From: Bacteroidales bacterium
GTDB taxonomy: Bacteria; Bacteroidota; Bacteroidia; Bacteroidales; WRLA01
Length of the DNA stretch: 64,000 nucleotides
NCBI GenBank assembly: GCA_963676725.1
Contig: OY781463.1
Location: forward strand, 4,048,976 to 4,112,975
Direction: 5' to 3'
Part shown: positions 51,293 to 58,870 of the stretch, in pieces
How the letters are laid out: each line of letters starts with the position of its first letter
How positions within the stretch are numbered: position 1 is the first letter of the stretch
The notes under the pieces: model-generated
Seen by the model: the letters and a program-made list of their open reading frames with translations, nothing else
Databases searched by the model: none
What the model was told of the DNA's origin: nothing
Made by a program: the position numbers and the translations under genes

Positions 51293-51772
51293 TTATTTAT
51301 TTCCCTGCTTTTTGATAAATTTCATCTTCACTAAACCCGTTTGGGTATTAAAGATAATCTTTCTTCCGTAATTACCACCTGTTGAAGCCCCTAAAATTTT
51401 TATATTTTCTTGTTTTAAAAGCTCATAAGCGGTTTGCACATTGCGGTCGCCAATATTGAAAACATCATTTTCGGTATTAATTACCCTGCCCCCTCCAAAA
51501 ATCTTGGCAATAATATCATTGCGCCGTGACCCGTTTTTTGCCAATAAAGCAAGGCATTTTAAAACAGCAATATTCCCATACTTTGGAGATTGAAGGCCCT
51601 GCCCGTTCCATAATGGCAGCATATAATGACAGATTGCACCGGCTTTAAGGTGTGGGTCATAAAAACAAATAGACACACAAGAACCTAATAGCGTGCTCAC
51701 TTCAGCCTCACTAGAAAAATAAATTTCGCAAGGCTTCAGGAAAATATTTTTTATTTCTTTATCGCCTATCAA
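51293..51772 (-). CDS. cheD: Chemoreceptor glutamine deamidase CheD
   Basis: 159 aa with LLGSCVSICFYD and ICHYMLP motifs (the catalytic Cys and His contexts). Its TTG start overlaps the upstream stop as TTGA. Confidence 0.85.
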   Translation of the reverse strand: MIGDKEIKNIFLKPCEIYFSSEAEVSTLLGSCVSICFYDPHLKAGAICHYMLPLWNGQGLQSPKYGNIAVLKCLALLAKNGSRRNDIIAKIFGGGRVINTENDVFNIGDRNVQTAYELLKQENIKILGASTGGNYGRKIIFNTQTGLVKMKFIKKQGNK

Positions 51773-52647
51773 AACAATTCCTCATCAGTAAACAGTGCAT
51801 CTTCATCTTCTTCCTCATTCGTTAGTTCGGGCAAAACAACAGTAAATGTACTTCCTTGCCCTTCTTTGCTCTGCAAACGGAGTTCGCCATCGAGAAGCTC
51901 AACGAGGGCTTTTGTAACAGACAGACCCAAGCCTGAACCTGTATTTAGGCTATGTATGCTCTCATCAAGTTTTTTGAAGCGCTGGTAAATTCGTTGCAGG
52001 TCTTTTTCGCTAATACCCACACCATTATCTTTGATATGGATTTCGATGTGATTTTCAAAACATTCGATATGAATTTGCACCGACGAATCAATGCGCGAAA
52101 ATTTAAGGGCATTACTAAGTATATTACTGATTATCAAATCAATTCTTCGCTTATCTGTTCCAAAAGAAAAAGCTTTTTGCATATACTCATTCTTTATGAG
52201 GCGATAATCTATTTTAATGCGGTTTTTATCGGTCTCAAACTTATGGTTCGCCACAATACTCTGGATAAGCTCGTCAATATTGGTCCGGCTAGGCTCCAGT
52301 GATGTTTCCCCGGCCTCAATTCGTGCAGCTTCAAAAATATTATTCATTTGAAAATCAAGGTAAAATGCTTCAGAATAAATTAAATCGCCCATTTTACGAG
52401 CCACCTGACCTTCATCATCGTGCAATTTTTGGATACTACCGGCCAGTCCTAAAATCGATGCAAAAGGATTTATTAGTTCATTAGTTATATTTGAGATAAA
52501 ATGACTTTTCATTGCTTCAGATTGCCGAAGCTGTTCATTAATCAGCACCAATTCTGAATTTAAGGACGCGATCTCGGCTTTTAAGCCGGCATACTCTGAG
52601 AGACGCTCGCTTAGGTAAGCAATTAGTTCTTTATCTTTTTTATCCAT
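51769..52647 (-). CDS. Soluble histidine-kinase-like protein lacking the canonical phospho-acceptor His
   Basis: 292 aa with no TM helix and an N-terminal coiled coil. Its degenerate H-box is HFISNITNELINPF, compared with [13 protein letters not shown] in the neighbouring kinases. The HATPase boxes are intact (ISNILSNALKFS, DNGVGIS, GSGLGLS). It ends in an acidic tail, EEEDEDALFTDEELF. Confidence 0.75.
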   Translation of the reverse strand: MDKKDKELIAYLSERLSEYAGLKAEIASLNSELVLINEQLRQSEAMKSHFISNITNELINPFASILGLAGSIQKLHDDEGQVARKMGDLIYSEAFYLDFQMNNIFEAARIEAGETSLEPSRTNIDELIQSIVANHKFETDKNRIKIDYRLIKNEYMQKAFSFGTDKRRIDLIISNILSNALKFSRIDSSVQIHIECFENHIEIHIKDNGVGISEKDLQRIYQRFKKLDESIHSLNTGSGLGLSVTKALVELLDGELRLQSKEGQGSTFTVVLPELTNEEEDEDALFTDEELF

Positions 52648-52648
52648 G

Positions 52649-53521
52649 TTACATGCTGTTTTTTTGATAAATAGTCGGTAAAATATTTTGCAATGGAATG
52701 TGCATATTGATTAAAGATTCAGAATGCCCAATAAAAAGGTAGCCTCCATTTTTTAAGCTTTCTGCAAATTTCATACTGATTTCTTTCTGGATGGAGCGAT
52801 CAAAGTAGATTAAAGTATTTCTACAGAAAATCAGATCATAGGCGGCAATTTTATCGTTTGGAAAGTTCTCCAAAAGGTTGAAAATTGAAAAGACTACCCG
52901 TTTTCTGATTTCAGAAGAAATTCTTATCAGGTTTTTCCTATGATCCTTAGAGCGAAGCAAGTATTTATGCCGAAACCTTTCCGGAATATCCATAGCCTTT
53001 TCGCCCTGATAAACAGCTTTTTGTGCTGTATTTAACACATTATAGGAAACATCGCTGGCATGTATGATAAAGCCGGCAGGCCATTTATCCTGCAACATAT
53101 CCTGCAACAAGAATGCAAGGCTGTAAGGTTCTTCACCGGTTGAGCAGCCCGCACTCCACACCATAAGAGGCTTGGAATCCTTGCGTTTTACCAGAATCTC
53201 AGGAATAATTGTTCGCTCAAGAATTTCAAAATGCCGAAATTCCCTGAAGAAGCTTGTTTTATTTGTTGAAACAACATCGATCAGTTCAGTAGGTTCTTTG
53301 CGAGCTCCTTCTGCGCTAAACAGATAGCGAATGTATTCAGAATAGCCACTCATATTTAAGGCAATGAGCCTTTTACGCAGGCGCCCCTGAAGCATTGTCT
53401 TTTTCCCCGGGGGCAGTTTGATTCCAAAGCGTCCTTCAATATATTGGCTCAGGCGCGCAAACTCCTCATCATTTAATGGGCTATAATCTGCAAATACCTG
53501 ATTTTTATCCATATACACCAA
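52649..53521 (-). CDS. cheR: Chemotaxis protein methyltransferase CheR
   Basis: 290 aa. It has the N-terminal helical domain (FARLSQYIEGRFGIKL), the SAM-binding segment VWSAGCSTGEEPYSLA, and FCRNTLIYFD. Confidence 0.9.
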   Translation of the reverse strand: MVYMDKNQVFADYSPLNDEEFARLSQYIEGRFGIKLPPGKKTMLQGRLRKRLIALNMSGYSEYIRYLFSAEGARKEPTELIDVVSTNKTSFFREFRHFEILERTIIPEILVKRKDSKPLMVWSAGCSTGEEPYSLAFLLQDMLQDKWPAGFIIHASDVSYNVLNTAQKAVYQGEKAMDIPERFRHKYLLRSKDHRKNLIRISSEIRKRVVFSIFNLLENFPNDKIAAYDLIFCRNTLIYFDRSIQKEISMKFAESLKNGGYLFIGHSESLINMHIPLQNILPTIYQKNSM

Positions 53522-53610
53522 TCAATTCTATTCGTTCCTGTGGAAATTCATTCAAACAATCAACATTTCCTTTCTCTTGTTGCCATCAACAAACCGGCAG
53601 GAGACTAGGT

Positions 53611-55263
53611 TTAAAAACGCTCAAATTCGCTATCTAGGGAATCTCCGAGATCAATATGAACCCCTTTGTTTTTCCCTGGAGCTTCATTATTAAATTGCGC
53701 ACGAAATGTTTGTGCTTTATTTGGCTTTGATTCTTTTCTTTTGATGTTTTGTTTCCCAATCTGGCGGCTTCGGAAATAGGAAATAACATCCAGAAGCTGA
53801 TCCGCTTGAGAACTCAGCTCCTCTGCACTTGTAGCCATTTCTTCTGAAGCGGCAGCATTTTGTTGCGTAACTTCATTTAATTGCTGGATGGCATTATTAA
53901 TCTGCTCTGCTCCGGCATTTTGTTCCATACTTGCTGCGGCGATTTCCTGCACAAGCTGAGAAGTCATCTGAATATCAGGCACAATCGTCTTCATTATTGC
54001 CGATGCATCTTCAGCAATATCGACACTTTTACGGGAAATTTCATCGATTTCGGCAGCAGCCAGTTTACTGCGTTCTGCCAATTTGCCCACTTCTGCGGCC
54101 ACAACACCAAAACCTTTGCCATGTTCGCCTGCCCTGGCAGCTTCAACAGCAGCATTTAAAGCAAGTATATTTGTTTGAAAGGCGATATCACCAATGATAC
54201 TAATTTTATTCGCAATTGATTTCATTGCCTCCATTGTTGTATGCACTTTTGTACTTCCAGCTTCAATATCTTTGGCTGCTTTAGCAGCAATTATCTCTGT
54301 TTGTTTTGCATTATCAGTGTTTTGCTGAATATTTGCTGTCATTTCTTCAACAGAGGAACTCACTTCTTCAACAGAGGAAGCCTGTTCGGAGGCGCCCTGA
54401 CTAATATCCTGAGATGTATTGCTTAGCTGCATACTTGCATCGGTTACATTCTGTGAAGCACCACTAACATTAACCAGCACTTCTTTAACCCTTGCGAGCA
54501 TTTGCCGGAAGGAAATAACGAGTTGGCCCATTTCATCTTTTTGGTCAAAATCGAATTCAGCATCAAGGTTGCCATTGCCTACTTCAGAAACAAATGCCGA
54601 AATACCTCGAACACTGCTTCCAATATTAAAAGCAATTAGATAGGCGAGCAGACCGCCAAATAGCACAATAAAAAGTGCCACAAAAAAGATAACCCATTCT
54701 ATCTCATTAGCTAGCTTAAACATTCCTTCATCGGTTTCAAGGCTTTGACTCACAACAGATTCCATATCTGCCAGCAAATTACCCACTTGATTTAACAGAG
54801 GCAAGGTTCGTGTTTGATAGATATCAAGAGCTTCTTTATAGTCAGTATCGTTTCCGCTGGCCAATAAATTTTTAATCTTCATTGCGCTTTGATGGAGTTC
54901 TTGGTGGGGTTTTTCTATTTCCCGGAGATATGATCTTAGCTCGGGAACTAATAAAACAGCTTTTTCGCGCTCACTTCCATAATACCATTCCCCGAGGCCG
55001 CACTGATGCGCATCTGTTTGCACAATCAAATCGTTATTGTTATTGATAATATCCTTAGAAAGCTGCAATGCCCAATTTAAATGATCCTCATGCTTTTGTA
55101 TAAATAGAGCTTTCAGGTTATTTCCTTCCAGAGCTTCTTCAGCTTTATCTACTAATTTATTAATCCCTATAATAGTGCCAATGGAGAGAGCAATGATCAT
55201 CACCAATGCAATACCAAACGACAGAATAAATTTATGCCGGATTTTTAAGTCTTTGAATCTCAT
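53611..55263 (-). CDS. Methyl-accepting chemotaxis protein (2 TM, CZB-like periplasmic domain, HAMP, C-terminal pentapeptide)
   Basis: 550 aa. TM1 is about aa 12-34 and TM2 about aa 189-211. It has a HAMP domain and the conserved MA hairpin [34 protein letters not shown] long flexible tail ends in SEFERF. Confidence 0.92.
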   Translation of the reverse strand: MRFKDLKIRHKFILSFGIALVMIIALSIGTIIGINKLVDKAEEALEGNNLKALFIQKHEDHLNWALQLSKDIINNNNDLIVQTDAHQCGLGEWYYGSEREKAVLLVPELRSYLREIEKPHQELHQSAMKIKNLLASGNDTDYKEALDIYQTRTLPLLNQVGNLLADMESVVSQSLETDEGMFKLANEIEWVIFFVALFIVLFGGLLAYLIAFNIGSSVRGISAFVSEVGNGNLDAEFDFDQKDEMGQLVISFRQMLARVKEVLVNVSGASQNVTDASMQLSNTSQDISQGASEQASSVEEVSSSVEEMTANIQQNTDNAKQTEIIAAKAAKDIEAGSTKVHTTMEAMKSIANKISIIGDIAFQTNILALNAAVEAARAGEHGKGFGVVAAEVGKLAERSKLAAAEIDEISRKSVDIAEDASAIMKTIVPDIQMTSQLVQEIAAASMEQNAGAEQINNAIQQLNEVTQQNAAASEEMATSAEELSSQADQLLDVISYFRSRQIGKQNIKRKESKPNKAQTFRAQFNNEAPGKNKGVHIDLGDSLDSEFERF

Positions 55264-55281
55264 GTTTGCTATTATTTGATG

Positions 55282-55758
55282 TTAATTTTCTAATTCAGTT
55301 TTTATAAAGAGGGTGTCATCGCGGGAGAACAAATTATCAATATCCAAAATCATAACGAAGAAATCGTTCAAGCGCATTACGCCTTGGATCAGAGAGGAAT
55401 TGAACCTTTTCCCCAAATCAGGAAAATCAATGATGTTGCTTTCATCGAATCGGTACACTTGCTTCACACGATCAACAATCATCCCTAGTTCAAAAGACCC
55501 ATCGTTAAAATTGATTTCGACAACAATAATGCATGTTTCCCTTGTATTTTCGATGGTTTCCAACCCAAATTTTGCTCGCGTATCAACAACAGGAAGCACA
55601 TTGCCCTGATGATTGATTACGCCTTTCACAAAAGGAGGAGATTGGGGAACCTTAGTAAGTGTTTGCAATTCCAATATCTTCAAAACCCTTTGCACATTCA
55701 ATGCAAAAAGCTCCTCATTTATTTGAAACACCAGATAGGAATCAGACTTTTGTTCCAT
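55282..55758 (-). CDS. cheW: Coupling protein CheW
   Basis: 158 aa with a CheW-like fold signature (YLVFQINEELFALNVQRV...GVINHQGNVLPVVD). Confidence 0.9.
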   Translation of the reverse strand: MEQKSDSYLVFQINEELFALNVQRVLKILELQTLTKVPQSPPFVKGVINHQGNVLPVVDTRAKFGLETIENTRETCIIVVEINFNDGSFELGMIVDRVKQVYRFDESNIIDFPDLGKRFNSSLIQGVMRLNDFFVMILDIDNLFSRDDTLFIKTELEN

Positions 55759-55760
55759 AG

Positions 55761-57830
55761 CTATTCCTTATTAATAAATTTTTTAACAATATTGTCTATA
55801 TCAATGACCAGAGCGATGCTTCCATTTCCCAATATCGTAGCTCCGGAAAAAACCTCATGTTTTCTTAAATACTTGCCTAATGGTTTGAGAACGGCCTGAT
55901 GTTCACCAACAACATTGTTCACTTTTAATGCAATAAGCTTTTCTTCCTGCTTTACGGTAACCACATAACTTTCACCATTAGACGCATCTTCACAAAGGAG
56001 AAGAGGCAGATCAACAAAAGGCAATTGTGCATCATGAATATGAATTAAGCCATCAGTAAATTTTGACATATGAACATCATCGCCCCGATAGACTGTATCG
56101 ATAATACTCATTGGGAAAATCACATTATTTGACCCAATAGTTACAAGCAGGCCATCAAGAATAGAGAGGCTAAGAGGAAGTTTCAAGGTAAAAACAGATC
56201 CTTTGCCTTTCTCTGAGCTAATATCAAGGCTTCCCCTTAATTCTTCAAGTTTTCGGCCAACAACATCCATTCCTACTCCCCTTCCGGACACATCCGTAAT
56301 TTCCTTTGCAGTAGAAAAGCCGGGTTTCATAATGAGTTGCCAGGTTTCTTTTTCTGATAATATTGTTGATTCGGTGATCATCCCACTTTCGATAGCTTTT
56401 GCCCGAATGCGTAGTGCATCAAGTCCGCGGCCATCGTCTTTAAGGGAAATATATACATTTGTTCCTGAATACCAAGATTTTATCATAATTTGCCCTGCAG
56501 CAGGTTTTCCCATGGCAATCCGTTCCTCTGTGCTTTCAATTCCATGATCGATGCTGTTTCTTAAAATATGCATTATTGGATCAGCCAATTCTTGGATTAT
56601 ATTTTTATCCAATTCAGTATCAGTACCTTCAGTAAGCAAATTCACTTCCTTATTGAGTGCCGCACCTAAGTCCCTTGCCAACCTTCTGAAGCGTGTCAAC
56701 AGGCTATTCAGGGGCACGAGGCAAATATCAAATGCATTTTCCCTTAAGCGACGTGTAAGCTTCTGAATAGATTCTGCCAAAGCGATCAATTCATTATCTT
56801 GACGCATATCTGCTATATTCGCAAATCTAGCCTGAACAGTTACCATTTCTGAAACCACATTCATTAATTGATCGAGTTTTTGGGAAGAGACCCTTATGGT
56901 ACTAATCTGCTGTCCAAAAGCAGTTTCCAGGATTTTTTTCTCCGAATCCAATTCCTCTGAATTCTTCTTTTGAAGTGTTTCTTTTTTCTCTACAACAGAT
57001 TCCTGAGGGGACTGCTCCAATGCATGCTTTTCGATTGCTATATATTTCTTTAGGCAATCCTCTCCAAAAGAGAGTATTTCTAGTATTTGTTCCTTTTGGA
57101 CAGAAAAAGCTGTTTGTTCCGTTTTTTCGATCGTAAGCGCACAATCGTCTTCAACAAAAATAAATACATCACGAATATCGCTTTCCGAAGCATCAGTACA
57201 TAAGAACATTCGCCATGAAATACTACAAGCCTGTGGGTTCAATACAGAAAAGGCAGGAATTTTTGATGTGTCTGCATAGCAGATCATCTCACCCATTCCT
57301 GCGAGTTCATCGATGAGATAGAGTGGACTTGTTCCATTTTCCAAAATATGCTCGTCAGGTATAAATTCGATATACCATACGAATTGTTCTATTTGGTCTA
57401 TTTTAGGGGAAAGCTCCCCAGATGAAATAGAAATTGCCGCCTTTTGCTGTATTTGTTGGTCGGGCTTTCCTAGTATTTGTGTTATTTGCTCAACGAGAAG
57501 CCCTTCATCTAATTCTTTTTCGGGTTGCTCGTTCAATAAGGCTTTAAGATGATCAACGGCATTGAGGCTCAGCTGAGTAATTTGCTGGCCGGGATATAAT
57601 TTATCATCTCGGATTTTTTGGTAAAGCGACTCTAAATGGTGCGTAAACTTACTGATGCGGTCGAAGCCAAACATTGCCCCACTACCTTTCAGTGAATGCA
57701 TCAAGCGGAAAATTTCATTCACACAAGCTTTGTCTTCCGGATTTTGATCGAGACGCAACAAAAGCTCTTCAAGCTGCGCAATAAACTCTGCAGCTTCTTC
57801 CCTGAATTTCTGCTTGAATTCTTCTTTCAT
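55761..57830 (-). CDS. cheA: Chemotaxis histidine kinase CheA
   Basis: 689 aa. It has the Hpt/P1 domain with HSLKGSGAMFG, a dimerisation segment (IRVSSQKLDQLMN), the HATPase domain (LRNSIDHGIE, DDGRGL, GRGVGMD) and a C-terminal CheW-like P5 domain. The roughly 170 aa between P1 and P3 are unassigned. Confidence 0.93.
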   Translation of the reverse strand: MKEEFKQKFREEAAEFIAQLEELLLRLDQNPEDKACVNEIFRLMHSLKGSGAMFGFDRISKFTHHLESLYQKIRDDKLYPGQQITQLSLNAVDHLKALLNEQPEKELDEGLLVEQITQILGKPDQQIQQKAAISISSGELSPKIDQIEQFVWYIEFIPDEHILENGTSPLYLIDELAGMGEMICYADTSKIPAFSVLNPQACSISWRMFLCTDASESDIRDVFIFVEDDCALTIEKTEQTAFSVQKEQILEILSFGEDCLKKYIAIEKHALEQSPQESVVEKKETLQKKNSEELDSEKKILETAFGQQISTIRVSSQKLDQLMNVVSEMVTVQARFANIADMRQDNELIALAESIQKLTRRLRENAFDICLVPLNSLLTRFRRLARDLGAALNKEVNLLTEGTDTELDKNIIQELADPIMHILRNSIDHGIESTEERIAMGKPAAGQIMIKSWYSGTNVYISLKDDGRGLDALRIRAKAIESGMITESTILSEKETWQLIMKPGFSTAKEITDVSGRGVGMDVVGRKLEELRGSLDISSEKGKGSVFTLKLPLSLSILDGLLVTIGSNNVIFPMSIIDTVYRGDDVHMSKFTDGLIHIHDAQLPFVDLPLLLCEDASNGESYVVTVKQEEKLIALKVNNVVGEHQAVLKPLGKYLRKHEVFSGATILGNGSIALVIDIDNIVKKFINKE

Positions 57831-58192
57831 CGCAGCACCTTTTTAATAATAGCAATAAGTCTATCCTCCTGAAACGGCTTTGTTAGCCAACCGGTTGCCC
57901 CTTTGCTTCTGGCTTCCTTTTTGACATGAATTCCTGTTTCAGTACTTAAAAACAAAATTGGGATATGCTTGTATCCATCTAATTTACGCACTTCAGCAAT
58001 AAGTTCCATGCCATTCATATTGGGCATATGCAAATCCGTCATCAACAAGTCGATGGTACGGCCATCAAAATATGTCAACGCATCACGGCCATCCATTGCT
58101 TTCATCACATTATAGCCGTTTCGATCTAAAGTGAACTCGAGCATTTCACGAATACTTGCAGAATCATCAACAATCAGAATATTTTTTTTCAT
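57827..58192 (-). CDS. cheY: CheY-like single-domain response regulator
   Basis: 121 aa with ILIVDDS, LLMTDLHMP, FLST and GWLTKPF motifs. It has 4-nt overlaps with both neighbours. Confidence 0.88.
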   Translation of the reverse strand: MKKNILIVDDSASIREMLEFTLDRNGYNVMKAMDGRDALTYFDGRTIDLLMTDLHMPNMNGMELIAEVRKLDGYKHIPILFLSTETGIHVKKEARSKGATGWLTKPFQEDRLIAIIKKVLR

Positions 58193-58524
58193 ATTTGGCT
58201 CCCTGACAGTTCATCAAACAAAACATCTAAAGCATTATTACAAATAAGAATGTATAGGTCGTCCCTCAGAACAGCTTCAATATTTGTTTGCAGCTTTTTT
58301 TCAGCACGTTCTTTTTTTATTGCAAATAGCATCTGCAAAAAAGCAATATCCACACTTTCCACCTCTGACAATCGTATATAAAGCGGCTTACTTTCACCAC
58401 TTACTTTTTCCGCTTCGGCACTTATGTCCCTAATGGAAGAAATACCAAGTTCTCCTTTGTAAACCAATAGGTTACAATGAGCGACATCATTATTAAACAA
58501 ACTATGTTCGGCAGAAAATCCCAT
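58189..58524 (-). CDS. STAS-domain protein (anti-sigma-antagonist fold), first gene of the Che-like operon
   Basis: 111 aa. The pattern LVYKGELGISSIRDI...YIRLSEVESVDIAFLQML matches the STAS beta-alpha layout. The position of the phosphorylatable Ser (DSSG in SpoIIAA) reads DIAF. Confidence 0.65.
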   Translation of the reverse strand: MGFSAEHSLFNNDVAHCNLLVYKGELGISSIRDISAEAEKVSGESKPLYIRLSEVESVDIAFLQMLFAIKKERAEKKLQTNIEAVLRDDLYILICNNALDVLFDELSGSQI

Positions 58525-58870
58525 ACTATAAGTTAATAATCCTAATAGATTCTTTTACAACACTATAATTTCTACGAAAATTGAGCAACATAGTTACTTA
58601 ATAGGGGAAAAGGAAAACTAAAACAGGATTTTGCCCCAGTCATTCAATCCATTTACCAAAGCAAAAAGCGCAATACTTCAACAATACACCCATTTTTAAA
58701 ACACAAAAACACCACATATATCAAACAGAAAAAGCACGCCCATCCATCGTCCTTGAAGAGAATTGCACATCAAAAAACAGAAATATTATTCATAAACAGC
58801 GAAATTTCATCCAATATTCCGTAATTTTACAGGAGCATACGAACAGCCAATCAACCAATAATTATTAGAA

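Noticed and set aside
51258-51772. cheB and cheD both begin with the residues M-I-G-D-K.
   Set aside because: This is a five-residue coincidence. The underlying DNA differs (ATG ATC GGA GAT AAA versus TTG ATA GGC GAT AAA) and similarity does not extend further.
53577-53592. Small hairpin ttgttg-ccat-caacaa in the 89-nt gap between mcp and cheR, as an internal terminator.
   Set aside because: The stem is only 6 bp and AT-rich, with no following U-run on the minus strand. It is unlikely to terminate transcription.
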